Shown in pieces: positions 1 through 12,879 of a stretch of 64,000 nucleotides of DNA; within the stretch, counting starts at the first letter, position 1; each line of letters begins with the position of its first letter. The stretch lies in the NCBI GenBank assembly GCA_964016885.1, contig OZ024742.1, positions 43,400,001-43,464,000 on the forward strand, in the 5' to 3' direction. Under the pieces are notes generated by a model. That model was not told where the DNA came from, made no database searches, and worked only from the letters and a program-made list of their open reading frames with translations. The stretch is from Eledone cirrhosa. Its lineage: Eukaryota. The translations under genes were made by a program, and so were the position numbers.

Positions 1-1155
1 GTATGGCCCCCTCTAGTATTACCTGGTTAACGATACGTGTGGTTATAGTGTGACCTACAGACCCAGATGCCTTCAGCATCTCGGCAGCTATACCCGATGG
101 ACCGGTTGCCTTCCCTATCTTCATATCTCTGATTGCCTTACTTACTACGCTGCCGCTGACTTGTACTGCTGGTCCCTCTATAGGGTCTACGTGGGGTAGG
201 GTCTCTTCTTCCCATGCATTCTCCTCATTTAGTAATCTATCATAATGACTCTTCCATGCATCTTTCTTCTCAGCACTTGTGAGGGCAAGCTCACCTTTAT
301 CATTCCGGATACACTTCTCTCCAATGACATCACAACTATCTCTGACACACTGCCTCGCAATCTTGAATACCTCCTGTTTCTGGTCCTCACGTTGTAAAAC
401 ATGCTTGAATTTTCTATCCTCTGCTTCCCTCCTAGCTAAGTATACTTGTCGCCTAGCTTCCCTCTTGGTCTCTATGTAATGTACCCTGCTCCCCCCATTC
501 TTCCATTCTTTCCATGCCTGTCTCTTGGCCTTGACTGCTTCATCTACCTTATTGTTCCACCACCAAGTCACTCTCCTCCTGCTTGAGGTCTTACTCCAGC
601 CACAAACCTCATCCGTCGCCTCTAGTAAGTTATTTTTTAGGAACTCCCAGTTCTCTTCTACGTTAAATGTCTCTATCTGTTCTTCTTTACTGTCGTAGGC
701 GTTGAGTAAAATATCTTTAAATCTGTTACTGGTTGAGGGGACTTTCAGCTTCCAGATCTTTCTTCTCCAGGTTGGCCTCTGTTTCAGGGCTCGTCTAGTT
801 CTGACCGTGAGGTCGCTGACAACTAAGCTATGTTGGGATGTACATTCCTCACTAGGGAAGGCTTTTGTGTTTACGACCGTCCATCTGTCACGTCCTCTGA
901 TGAGGATAAAATCTAACTGACTAGAGTGCTCCCCTGATCTATAGGTGATCAGGTGGTTGTCGGGTTTTTTAAAGTTTGTGTTACATATCGACATGTCATT
1001 GGCGTCGCAGAATTCTAGAAGTTTGAATCCTTCCTCATTCCTTGTGCCAACTCCATGGCCTCCATGTACTCTATTGAAGCCGTCGCAGTGTTTACCTACG
1101 TGTCCGTTAAAATCTCCTGCAATGATTAGGAAGTCCTTGTCGTCTGTCTGTTTTT
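1..1155 (-). mobile_element. RTE-clade LINE, APE endonuclease and linker (5'-truncated; continues beyond window start)
   Basis: Minus translation gives IIAGDFNGHVGK..HGGHGVGTRNEEGFKLLEFCDANDMSICNTNFKK..HLITYRSG..SQLDFIL..ECTSQHSLVV, typical RTE-type APE motifs. Confidence 0.85.
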
Positions 1156-1782
1156 CCATATTATTATTTTATTATTTTACTGGTTTCAGTTGTTAGATTG
1201 TGGCCATGTTGGGGCACCAACTTGATTCTAGATGATCACATCAAACCTAGAACTCTTTAAAGTTTGGTACTTATTTTATTGATTCCTTTTTTTTTTTTTT
1301 TTTTTGTCAAACTCAGAAGTTATGAGACATTAACACACACACACGCGCGTGCGCACACACATATTTCATCATCATCATTTTTGCGTCTGTTTTCCATACT
1401 GACAGGGGTTAGATGGTTTGTTACTTTCCAAGACCAGATGGGTCAGAGCGACCAATCTAGCTCACTATGTTCCATGTTTCACATGGTTTCCACAGCTGAA
1501 TACCCTTCCTAATGCCAACTACTTTACAGGGTGTACTAGGTGTCTTTTTCATGACACCAGCAATACCATGTTACAGAATATACTTACTGACACATCAGTA
1601 AAAGAATCCTCTCAAAATCTACATTGTCCTCCATTCAGTTGCCGAACTCTATAGCCTCCACTCTCTCACCACATTTATATATATATATACTAGCAGTGTA
1701 TCCCGGTGTTGCATGGGTAAGAATATTGGTTATGGCACCTCCAATGAGAAACATTTATTTGTGAGTTCCTGTTAAAAACTCA

Positions 1783-2009
1783 TGAACTGGACATGCTCAC
1801 CGACATCCAGAGTTGACACTGCACTCAGTGCTCCTGTGGGAGCCCCTGCATGGACACACTGGAAGAGGAAGACCACAGTTAACATATGTTGATGCCCTAA
1901 GGACAGACACTGGTCTGTTGAGACGCAGGACATGGCAGCGATAATGAGGGACAGAGACCGCTGGAGAGAACTCGTCCATGGATCTCGGGAATTTTACCCG
2001 CCCTAGATA
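1783..2009 (+). mobile_element. RTE-like LINE 3' end fragment
   Basis: Translates GHAHRHPEL..VLLWEPLHGHTGRGRPQLTYVDALRTDTG, then RDRWREL; C-terminus typical of RTE elements. Confidence 0.65.
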
Positions 2010-2389
2010 TATTTCTTTATTAGCCACAGGGGCACAAAAGAAGGGGACAAATACAAAGGGGGAAGTTTACATACAATAAAAACGTGTAAAATGTTATCAC
2101 AGATGGAATTTAAAAGTTAGTCGATTTTCCCCAATAGAGGGAGACAGTTTATATGGGTAACACATACCCCCGAAAAAATGTGCAACCCTCATCTCCAGGA
2201 GTACGAAGAGCTTGTACTCCTTTCCTCTCCTCCTCCTTTTCCTCAATCTACAGGCTGAGATAGATAGATATATTTTTATGTGCATATTTATATATATGTA
2301 TATGTGTATATGTGTTTGTATATGTATGTATATCTATACATACATATAAAAGTGAAATTGTCTGTGTGTGTGTCCTCAATTTTGCACTG

Positions 2390-3130
2390 TCAAGGAAGCA
2401 CCAGAGATGTCGCAGCCTCAGTGCGTGTTTGCACATCATCAGCCACGGCGCGCCCAGCGCTCCACGCAATGGGTGTTGACCGCAGATGGATCGTCTGACC
2501 ATGGGAGCACGTCCCTTCCATAAAAAGCAGAAGAGGAGGCGCTCCATTTTTGTCAGAGTTGGGCCGGGGCAAGGCACAACGGTTAGGCGGTAGCAGATGA
2601 CGGATGCGATGAACGCATTCGCCACTTCTGCCTGACCTTTCAGGGACAGCTTCCTCTCGACCCATTTCTGGGTGAGAGAGGCCACCCTGTTCATCACCTC
2701 GCTCCAGTTTTTCTCCATCTGGAGGTCCGGACCAAACCAGACCCCGAGCAATTTAACCGGTCCTTCCGTCCAGCGCCCCACGATGCTGTCAGGTGGCATG
2801 GACGTGCCTCTTCAGGTGCTGAGCTGCAAACTCACCGACTTTTCCTGGTTTAACTTTGCTCCTGTCACTGCTTCATATTCCTTGAAAGCGGTGCAGAGGA
2901 TCTGGACTTGTCCGGCGCTTGATCGGGACCGCTCTGATTATGCGCATGTAGACTGAGGAGTGGAAAACTGAGAGAGGGTGCTTGCCCTGGTGGTCAGGGT
3001 GGCCATGGTCTTCTGTGTGGTTTTTGCCACAAGTGACCCTCCCTTGGAAGTTACCCTCTATTGGAGAATTTTTGAATTTTTTGATATTTCTATCTTCTTG
3101 TTATAACCTTTATTATACGGCCAAAACCCA
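2390..3130. mobile_element. Tx1/L1-clade LINE fragment with internal inversion (RT C-terminal part on -, 3' end on +)
   Basis: Minus ORF 2248-2799 PVKLLGVWFG..NWSEVMNRV..RKLSLKG..FLWKGR; 2950-3090 is the reverse complement of the Tx1-like 3' region at 38470-38610. Confidence 0.7.
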
Positions 3131-3320
3131 CCCTGAAGAGAACTCGTCCATGGATCTCAGGAATTTTACCCGCCCTAGATAGATATATATATATTTTATG
3201 TGTATATTTATATATAAGTATATGTGCATATATATATATGTGTATATGTGTTTGTATATGTATGTATATATATACACACACATATATATATATATATATA
3301 TGTATGTATATGTGTATATA

Positions 3321-3341
<21 letters not shown>

Positions 3342-3353
<12 letters not shown>

Positions 3354-5898
3354 GAAATTATTGTGTAAAGTGCTCAGGTGCACTACAACTCGTCAAAGGT
3401 GCATGTATAGTACATAGAATAATATACAAATGTCAAGGAAGTGAATAGTGTATGCGTCATGGTATACATGTATGTATGTGTATGGAGGGGGAAAATTAGG
3501 TGTAGTGTTGGCGAATCTCGGGAAGCATGGAGGTTTTAAAGGATGCAGTGTCTCGACAGCTAACAACTGATGCAGGTAGTTTGTTCCATGCTTCAGCAAC
3601 TCTGAGCATGAAAAAATGTTTCCGAAAGTCATGGGAACTGTGCTGTTTTCTGAATTTGTGGGCATGTCCACGTGTGTTAAACACATGGAAATCAAAAAGG
3701 TACTCAGGGTTATTGTTGGCAAGATGGTTAACAATTTTGTGGGTGTTTACCAAGTCAGTTGCCAGGCATCGGAGCTTCAATATATCCATGCCCAGGGAAG
3801 CAGGGCGTTCAGAGTATGGTAGATGCCTGATGGAGGGTATTTGCTTGGTTGCACGTCTCTGAACAGTTTCCAAGCGGTCAATGTTCTGAGCAAGATAGGG
3901 GTCCAGACTGGTGATGCAAATTCTAAGTGTGGCCGCACCATAACCATGTACAGCCTTAAATAGATAGCTGGAGAGCGGCTGACAAAGGTCTTGCTGAGTG
4001 ATCCTAAGACACCCTCAGCCCTCTTGACAATTTTAGAGACGTGCTTCGTCCAACGCAAATCGCTGCTGACCGTAATGCCCAAATCACGTTCACAAGAAGA
4101 CTTCTTGATATTAGTGCTGTGGAGGGAGTATGTGGACGCTGGGTTTTTACTCCCAAAATGCATGGTGGTGCACTTGTCCACAGCTAGCTTGAGTTGCCAG
4201 TCTGAGATCCATTGTTGCATTGCGTCCAGGTCAGACTGCAAGCAAGATCTATAGTGTTCAGGATCTGTCCTTTTTATCTCAAGGTACAGCTTGATGTCAT
4301 CTGCGTACTTTAGTACTGTGGCATTCTTTAAGTTGGCATCTATGTCATTAATATATGCCACAAACAAAAGGGGGCCAAGAACAGATCCCTGTGGTACACC
4401 AGATGACATCTCATATGGTGAAGAATGCTGTCCCAGAACCGTGACTACGTCTCTTCGACTGAGAATAAGGGACTTCAACCAGTTAAAAAGATCATCCTTC
4501 ACACCCATTGCAGAGAGTTTTGCCATAAGCCTTTTGTGTGGCACAGAATTGAAGGCTTTCGCAAAGTCAAGGTAAACAACATCCACCCATGAGCCACCAT
4601 CAGTGATCCGGGTGATGTCCTCAAGAAACTTGATAAGTTGATCACAGCAGCTGGAGTTAGGGATTATCCAAATTGCGAGGGCCGGATAAGACTGTGAGAG
4701 TTCCAGAAGTTCCAAAGCGTTTCTCTGACACAGGATTCCATCAGTTTGGCAATGCAACTAGTAAGACTGACTGGACGATAGTTCACAGGTGATGTGCGGT
4801 CACCCTTTTTGAACAGAGGAATGACAGTGGTAGTTTTCCACTGTTCTGGAGTAGCACCGTTGTTCAGACAGAATTGGAAAAAGCGTAATAGCTGGGGCAG
4901 AAGAAAGTACCCACCACGTTTAAGAAGTAGGTACATAACGCCATCAAGACCAGGAGAGGCGTGGTTGCATTTATTTTTTAGGTGACGTCGCAGCATTGCA
5001 GGTGTAAATTCCATGATTGTAATAGAGTCCGGTGTCATAGGTGGTGGAGACGGTACACTCTGGTCTTCAATAGTGAAAATGCCTGCATAGCATTCAGCAA
5101 TGAGCTCTGTGCATTCCTTGGGGTTGTCAGTAACCTGGCTTGTGTGAGGATTGTGAAGAGGACCAACTGGAGAGTGAGGCCTCTGCTTTGAGTGAATATA
5201 CTTCCAGAACACCTTACTGTCAGGGCTGGTTGCTATGCGCTGCTCAAATTGAAGCACTGCCTTTTTTGTCACCTGTTTGAGGTGGTTGGACGATTTATTT
5301 CGCTTCTTCCTATTGATGTCTGATTTGTGCAGTTTGTACTCACGTTCAGCATTACAACGTTCTTTTCTGGCAAGACGGACTGCTGCAGTCTCCCAAATTG
5401 CACTTTTGGGATGTTTTTTCCGCTTACGTGGTACCGATGCTGCACATGCTGTCCATATTGAGCTCAGGATGTTCTGTAGTACAGTGTTGACATCTTCAGA
5501 GTCATAGAACTCAAGCCAGTTTGGACGTTGCAGCTCGGTGCAGTAACAGTTCCAGTCTGCTTTATTCCAGTCAAAGTGAACAGTTTGGAGATGGTTGTGG
5601 TTCTTGTTACTGCCCATAGCATGATCAGAGTCACCTAAAGGTTCCTCAGTAGTAACACTAATGACCATTCCAGGAGTAGTGGTGAAGAGTAGGTCCAAAG
5701 TGTTGGCACCTCTTGTTGGGGAGGTGACTACTTGGGACCAATTCGAGTCCAGCACTAGCTCAAGGAAGTCATTTGCACTTGGCGGCCAATGAAAGGTTTC
5801 CCAGTCAATCTCAGGGTGATTGAAGTCTCCTGCAATAAAAACATAAGTGGCTGTTTTCCTGGCAGCAGCTCTGAGGATATCACAAAGTTGAGTGTCCA
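3342..5898 (-). mobile_element. CR1-clade LINE, 5'-truncated ORF2 (EN + RT) with frameshifts, plus 3'UTR and (ATT)n tail
   Basis: IAGDFNHP, PTRGANTLDL, LGDSDH, NYRPVSLTS, YLDFAKAFNSVPH, GVPQGSVLGPLLF, YADD, ERDLG, VQRRATK, TRGH, WNKLP across ORFs 4664-5899, 3777-4757 and 3496-3873. Confidence 0.92.
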
Positions 5899-6431
5899 TA
5901 TGTATATGGATATATATGTATATATGTGTGTGTGTGTGTATGAATGTGGCAAAGATAATACGTCAGCAATGACGTGTTGGTCATAATGTCATTATGGAGA
6001 CAGCCATACATAGAGACAGATATTATAAGGGTGCGACAGAGATCGATAACCGGTGCCTAACACCCTTTAACAACAGAAAATTGAAAAATAAAAGCTGCAG
6101 TTAATATCTTTAGACCACAAGGAATATATAAATGCAAGTTTGAAGTCAATCGGAGTAGAAATGTTGATATGCATAGACTTTGCCAAAATTAGGACACACA
6201 CACAGACAACTACTGTTTTATATATATGTATAGATATATATCCAAAATTAAATTAAGGGTGTCATGTCTGAGAGAGATGCACCATATCCACTGCATAATA
6301 TGCTCAAAGATTCCAATGAATAGATCTGAGCATTTTATATCAACTAGAAATTGATTGACATCATCATCATCATCATCATCATCATCACATATATATATGT
6401 CAATCAATTTCTAGTTGATATATATATATAT

Positions 6432-6828
6432 GGAGGCACATGGCTTAGTGGTTAGAGCATTGGCCTTGCAATCGAAAAGTTGTGAGTTCAATTCTCAGAC
6501 CAGGTGATGTGTTGTTTCCTTGAGCAAGACACTTTATTTCCCATAACTCCAGTTTACTCAGCTATAGAAATGAGATGATAGGGACTAGGGTCCCTATCAT
6601 TCCACTGCAAAGTGGTTGTGGAGGTGCCACGGCAAAAAAAAGCACCCAGCCCACACTGTAAAGTGGACGTGTAGGCGCCAGGGAAAAAAGCACCCAGCAC
6701 TCACTGTAAATGAGGTTGGTGTTAGGAAGGGCATCCAGATGTAGAAATCAAGCCAGAATCAGTTCCTGTCCCACCCTTGCAAGCAGGGAAAAGCAGACGT
6801 AAAATGATGATGATGATGATGATGATGA
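6432..6828 (+). mobile_element. tRNA-derived SINE family A with RTE-derived tail (near-identical copy at 20047-20390; related minus copy about 9700-10015)
   Basis: A box TGGCTTAGTGG, B box GAGTTCAATTC, core CCTTGAGCAAGACACTT; 3' end GCAGGGAAAAGCAGACGTAAAA(TGA)n identical to the RTE tail at 26294-26333. Confidence 0.85.
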
Positions 6829-7430
6829 TATATATATATATATAATATGGATGAGGCGAGGAGGGATGTGTGGGTACTGATAACGGGTCATAGAAGGTAA
6901 GGAGACAAAAACAAGAGGTGGACAGTCTCCCTTCGTCAGTAGTTAACTACGAGTCACAGATGTTTTGGCGCATTTTTAACTATACATCTATCCATAGTGT
7001 GGATATACAGGGTGGGGCATACATTTGGAAGCAAATAAAAATGCTTTTAATAACAAAAACTACTAACTTTATTGACCAGCAGCATATATGTAATTATACA
7101 TTAATATTTTTAGAATATAATGTATAGAGTAGCTGCTCATACTTATGTTAAATTATTTTTCTCAAAATAGATAATATAATATCAAAATCTCGTAGATTCA
7201 ACATTGTGTGGGATAATTATGCGAGGTAAAATGTTTACCATGAAAATATAATAGTAAGTATAGAGTAATTCTAAAGGGTTAACATAAAACAATAACACTC
7301 CACTCGAACTGGACAGTCCCCATCTACTGACAACTGATTGTGTTTCAGTTTGACTGGTGAAGGTCCTCAAATCAACACCAGTACTGGAGACAAAACAAAG
7401 TTCTATGGTCAACAAAGCAGAAACATAAGC

Positions 7431-7659
7431 TTAATCCTTTAGCATTTAAACCAGCCATATCCGGCCAGAATTTTCGTGCCTCTTTCTGTTCAAACTGGCT
7501 GAAACTGACCACTCATACCAACATTAATGTATTGTTCTCAAAATAAATAATATCAAATTCTCATAGATTTGATATTATGTGAGATAATTAAGTGAGGTAA
7601 AGCCTTTACTTCAAAAATATAATAGTATAAATAGAATAATGTAAATGCTAAAGGGTCAA
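7431..7659 (+). mobile_element. piggyBac-type MITE (copies at 13939-14114 and 26357-26585; partial at 7160-7283 and 30454-30612)
   Basis: TIRs TTAA-CC(C/T)TTTAGCATTT...AAATGCTAAAGGG-TTAA with TTAA at both ends (clearest at 13939 and 14111); shared internal sequence among copies. Confidence 0.75.
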
Positions 7660-8276
7660 GTAAATTTATTCCACATGCCACTACCATAAATGAAATTTAA
7701 TGGTCTGTCTGCCTCGTGGTGCCAGTAGACAGGATAGAGAAGACATTGCCCCGGAGGATGGTGAGGGAGACATGCTGGAACAGCCACTCCACCTCACGTA
7801 GCTCGCACATTTGGATAGCTTGCAAACTCCACTTCGAACAACTATAAAAGAATTAATTTCAACCTCTAGAACAACAAACAGCATGGACACATTCCACAAT
7901 ATACTGCCACTGTTATGTCACATCGATTGCTCTTTCTCCCCCTTCCCCATAGCAAGCAACATGTAGCCTGATACTTGCTCTCTTATATTACTTTCATCAT
8001 TGGCTCCCCTCCTGGGCACACACTGAGCATCCAAATCTCATAATGAGGTACATGATAAATCACACCCAGTCCACCCTGTAAAGTTGTAGTGCTGGCCCCA
8101 TGACAAAAAGCACCTTGTCCATCCTGTAAGATGGTCATGCTAATAACATAACATAAAGCACCCAGTCCACCTTTTAAAGTAGTAGAACTGGTGCCACGAA
8201 TCCTTACATTCACTTTTCCAAAATACAAGGATTTCCAATATTGACAGAAAACCACAAGATTATAATGTCTACTATT

Positions 8277-8307
<31 letters not shown>

Positions 8308-9397
8308 CCTTTTTATTATTGAATAATACTAACTTGTGTATAATGTGCGCCCCTAATAATGGGCAATGAAATCCCAGGAAAAGTAACTCTCATGCACTGA
8401 CTTTTCTTTAGTATTAGATGCACAAAAAAAAACAGAGTGTTTAGTCAGATTTATTAAAAATTGTTGTATAAGATACATTGAAAATATTCACACATCCTAA
8501 ATGAAACAAGAAACAAATTCAAAAGTTTACCAGTGTAGGTTGTAAAAATGTATATGCTATAAATTCAATATGAAAATCAATATGATCTCTAGTGGAGATA
8601 TAGTTGTAGCAAGAGTTGCCAGTATTTTGTTATATAGTTACAAAATATACTGACTATTCAATATATTGTATATACATATGTAGCAAAATTATTGCAGCTA
8701 CAAAACATAGGCTAAAATAACTACTGTCATCATCAGAAACAGCTCTCATAAAACATACAGGTATTTAAGCCCAGCTAAAATTCAACTTTGCTTTCCTCTC
8801 GGCACTGTTCATGCTCACTCTGTTCTCTCAGACACCGAAAAAGAGACTTTGGCTGTGACAGTCATTGATAATCAGTACTGCCACAGCCAAGTCAAGGCAT
8901 GGCATCCACTAAGGCATTGTTTTATCTCAATCAACATCTCTGCATTCACACATTCACTCACAAACTCCAATATATCAACAAAAATACTCTTACCTACCAA
9001 CACTACATTTAGCAACCTGTTAATGAAACATTCTCTGTGTATCAAACCCTTTACATATTCTGGTTGTTTTACATTTTGCTAAATGGGGTCATCATATATC
9101 ATGGTACAAATAAAAGTATCAAAATTATCAGTTTGGTTTCCTTGTTAGTTGGCTGTATTCATTTTTCAACCACACCAATCAACTTGTACACCACATTACA
9201 ACACATCATTCAATAACACTACCTCAATAACAACTACATATCTGCTAAAATGATAATAACCAACACATCAGCAACTAACCACCAAACATATAAATATGTT
9301 ACACTAGTAAATAATTTACCCTTTGTGTTTATAATATCTTGGCGTCAGCCTTTGCCTTTCATGAATACTGTTTACAGCTTTGTGTATGGTTGCCTTT

Positions 9398-9620
9398 GAA
9401 TAATGGTTTCTTATATAAGCACAAGGCCAGAAATTTTGGGGGAGAGGAAAGTCGATTAAATTGACTCCAGTGTGTGACTGGTACTTTATTTTATCGACCC
9501 CGTAAGGATGAAAGGCAAAGTTATCCTTGGCGAGATTTGAATTCAGATCATAAAGGGCTGTAACTCTATGCTGCAAAGCATGGCGTCCGATCCTCTACTG
9601 ATACTGCCAATCCACTGCCC
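9398..9620 (-). mobile_element. SINE family B (very abundant; further copies at about 10697, 11535, 12317, 29735, 31285-31690, 31980, 44785-45125, 46830 and 47069)
   Basis: Repeated consensus GTGGATTGGCAGTATC..GAGTTCAAATCCC..GCCTTTCATCCTTACGGGGTCGATAAAATAAAGTACCAG..AGAAACAATTATT with a B-box-like motif. Confidence 0.85.
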
Positions 9621-10404
9621 AGTTGCCTTTTAATAATAAACACATTTAGGTATAAACACATTTAAATATAAACACATTTATATTTGTTTTTCATGTGTAG
9701 AATATTCATAGTCAGGAGAGCTCCCTTTGACCATGAAAAACCAAGGATTTGCACCTAGAAAGTGCCCCTCAAGGGAACAAGTCTGGGCAAGGTGTTTTTG
9801 TGGAAGACCATGTATACCAATCTCCCATCTCCACACTACCAATGTTGTCTAAGAGAAAGACAAAGGCTGATACAGCTTGGCATTAGTGACACTGCAATAC
9901 ATTTTTTCCAACTGAGTTAATTGGAGCAACATGAAATAGAGTCTTGCTCTAGGACACAACAAAAAAAAAAACTCGCAATTGTGAACCCAACACTCTAACT
10001 ACTAAGCCACACACCTAGAACATTTACTGTAGGTACACCATATCTCTACATTGTGTATGAGGTGACTAAAAGGGTCACTGTGCCAGGAATAGCATCCAGT
10101 TATAAAATATTGGTTAAAAAAGGATCCCATGGTGGGTATGGTTAAACTTGTCACAGGGGCTGCAGAGCCTACCCTTGCTTTGGTAATGAGAATGGTACTA
10201 ACTCTTTTGTTACTGAATTTCTAATGGAATTCTTTATATTTGAACTGGCTATCAAAGAAATAGGCGGGATTTACTAAAATGATTATTTTATTATTGAGAC
10301 AGCAATTGTAACATAACAAAAGTAAAATTATGCTGGAAGGTTTTAATTTGAATATGAATAGTTTTGTGTCAAAGAACTACAGGTGGTTTTGGACAAGTTG
10401 GTAT

Positions 10405-10697
10405 CTTCTTCTTCTTCTTCTTCTTCTTCTTCTTCTTCTTCTTCTTCTTCTTCTTCTTCTCCTCCTCCTCCTCCTCCTCCTCCTCCTCCTCCTCATCCTC
10501 CTCCTCCTCCTCCTCCTCCTTCTTCTTCTTCTTCTTCTTCTTCTTCTTCTTCTTCTTCTTCTTCTCCTCCTCCTCCTCCTCCTCCTCCTCCTCCTCCTCC
10601 TCCTCCTCCTTCTTCTTCTTCTTCTTCTTCTTCTTCTCCTCCTCCTCCTCCCCCTCCTCCTCCTCCCCATCCCCCTCCTCCTCCCCCTCCTCCTCCT
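10405..10697. repeat. Compound (CTT)n/(CCT)n polypyrimidine microsatellite
   Basis: Alternating CTT and CCT blocks; explains the poly-L/S/F/P/R ORFs. Confidence 0.97.
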
Positions 10698-11384
10698 TAG
10701 AGTTACGGCCCTTTACGTTCTGGGATCAAATCCCGCCAAGGTTAGCTTTGCCTTTCATCCTTACGAGGTTGATAAAATAAAGCACCAGTAAGTACTGGAG
10801 TTGATTTTTATCAACTTTCACCTCCCCTTCAAATTGCCTGAAGTAGAAACAATTCTATTTACTTGGGATCCATGGGTAGTTGTAAGAGAGCTTACTACTA
10901 TCCATGTACACTCTGGAAAGTGATAGAGTTGATGCTATGATAAAATGCATCCACTATATTCTGTAAAGTGGTAGTACTGATGTCATGATAAAATGCATCC
11001 AGTACACTCTATATTCATCCTAATCATTTTACCACATCTTGCTCAGACATTATTTTGGCATGATTACTACAGTTAGATGCTCTTCCTAATGCTAACCATT
11101 TTACAGAGTGTACTGGATGCATTTTATTATGGCACTAATGCTACCACTTCACAGAGTGTACTGGGTGCATCATAACAAGGCTCCAGCACTGCCACTTTAC
11201 AGCATGAATTGGATGCATTTTATTATGGCCCCAGTACTACCACTTTACAGAATGGTCTGGGTGCATTTTATTGTGACACCAGCACTACCATCTTACAAAG
11301 TGAACTGGGTGCATTTTATTGTGACATCAGCATTACCACATTTCAGTGTGGGCTGGATGATTATATATATCATACGTCTTATAC

Positions 11385-11911
11385 CAGAGGTTCTCAAATT
11401 TTTGGGGCCACCGCTCCCCTTACAGCCATGTAATACCCTTAGAGTACCCCAACCATATTTCTAGAGAGACCCGCCTACACGCAAATTGTAAATAATATAT
11501 AATAAATAGAATCGTTAATTTATATATAATAAATAATATAATTGTTTCTACTTTTGGCACAAGGCCAGCAATTATCCCAGTGTATTACTGGTGCTTTATT
11601 TTATCGACCCACGTTAGGATGAAAGGCAAAGTTAACCTCGACGAGATTTGAACTCAGACTGGCAAGGGAAGTAACTCTATGCGTCAAAGCATGGCGTCCG
11701 ACCCTCTACTGATACTGCCAATTCATATATATATACTATGTATAAATGAATATCATATATTTTTTATTTTACTATATCTATATATAATATGTATCATTTG
11801 ATATTTAATATACTATTATATCATCTCTACCATCCCCTTAGGCCGCAACACCCTCCTGGACCTTCTCACCCCCCCCCCCCCCCCCACTCCTGTGGGGGGT
11901 AGCGCCAACTG
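11385..11911 (+). mobile_element. hAT (Charlie-like) MITE with nested SINE B
   Basis: Begins CAGAGGTTCTCAAA and ends ..CAACTG; 8-bp TSD TCTTATAC at 11377-11384 and 11912-11919. Confidence 0.7.
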
Positions 11912-12316
11912 TCTTATACAGTACTGAAATAGATATTCATATGTTAATGAATCAATCACAATTATAACTACCAAAGGCTGTAGTTTCACAGGAACACTCA
12001 ACACCCATCATCCCCACCATGAATAAACAGAATAACACTTTTCTTACCAACAATGCAAGTAACAATTTTTAACAGTTCTCCCACCATGAATATCATTCTA
12101 ACCACCCTCATGCTAACGAGAATGTTGTACACTATCATAAATATGCGTGGGAATATAACTGCCAGATATATCTGAGAAAAAGAATTAGGAGATAAGAACC
12201 ATCTGACCTTGTGATATATATCCTGGGGGTGGGAGAAATCTGACAAAATAAACAACACTATTGCATAATCAGAGTTTGAAACTTGAATATATGTTTACAT
12301 TATTTGTTAAACAGTG

Positions 12317-12503
12317 AATGGTGGATTGGCAGTATCGGTAGAGGGTCGGACGCAATGCTTTGAAGCATAGAGTTACCTCCCTTTATGGTCTGAGTTCAAA
12401 CCCCACCGAGGTTAACTTTGCCTTTCATCCTTACAGGGTCGATAAAATAAAGTACCAGTAATACACTGGTATAATTGCTGGCCTTGTGCCAAAAGTAGAA
12501 ACA
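12317..12503 (+). mobile_element. SINE family B copy with 18-bp TSD
   Basis: TSD ATTATTTGTTAAACAGTG at 12299-12316 and 12504-12521. Confidence 0.85.
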
Positions 12504-12640
12504 ATTATTTGTTAAACAGTGTCAAATCTTTTCTTGCTTTTATGTTTATTTAGAATATAGAAGTTTGCAAAAATATATATATTTGTAGATGGCCACCAGC
12601 ATATCTCAATGGTTGCATGATTGCACTTATGATTGCGTAA

Positions 12641-12691
12641 GCATCTGATGAAGTCACATGAATAACTATGTAACAGAAATATTTATCATGC
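12641..12691 (+). ncRNA. Minimal type I hammerhead ribozyme motif
   Basis: GCAT-CTGATGA-AGTCACAT..ATGTAACA-GAAA-TATTT-ATC-ATGC; 4-bp stem I, imperfect stem II, AUC cleavage triplet, AATAAA immediately after. Confidence 0.6.
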
Positions 12692-12879
12692 AATAAACAA
12701 TTATCGTGAATTAATCCCGTCTTAACTACCATTATTTTACGGGGTCGATAAAATAAAGTACCAGTAATGCACTGGGTAATTGCTGGCCTTGTGCCTAAAG
12801 TAGAAACAATTATTTTATATATATATATATATATATATACGATATTAATAAATGGAAACTATATTTATAAAACCATATT

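Larger units (their letters stand above)
1690..6234 (-). mobile_element. Non-autonomous Helitron split by nested LINE insertions
   Basis: Minus-strand 5' end TCTATACATATATATAAAACAG at 6234; 3' hairpin followed by CTAG|T at 1717-1689; AT target; internal motif ACAGATATTATAAGGGTGCG shared with the Helitron at 28010-28689. Confidence 0.55.

Noticed and set aside
279-1196. Short + strand ORFs
   Set aside because: Antisense shadows of the RTE ORF on the minus strand
6432-6505. tRNA gene
   Set aside because: A and B boxes belong to a repeated SINE head; no clean cloverleaf
6898-6945. Minus-strand CTGACGA followed by an 8-bp stem AGGGAGAC/GTCTCCTT near (TA)n
   Set aside because: No GAAA, stem III or stem I follows; at best a half-hammerhead relic
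8845-8893. Hairpin as a possible pre-miRNA
   Set aside because: Short stem and no recognisable miRNA; cannot be supported without expression data
10330-10791. Poly-L/R/S/P ORFs (also at 17136-17476, 29163-29652, 41248-41847 and 44074-44535)
   Set aside because: Translations of microsatellites
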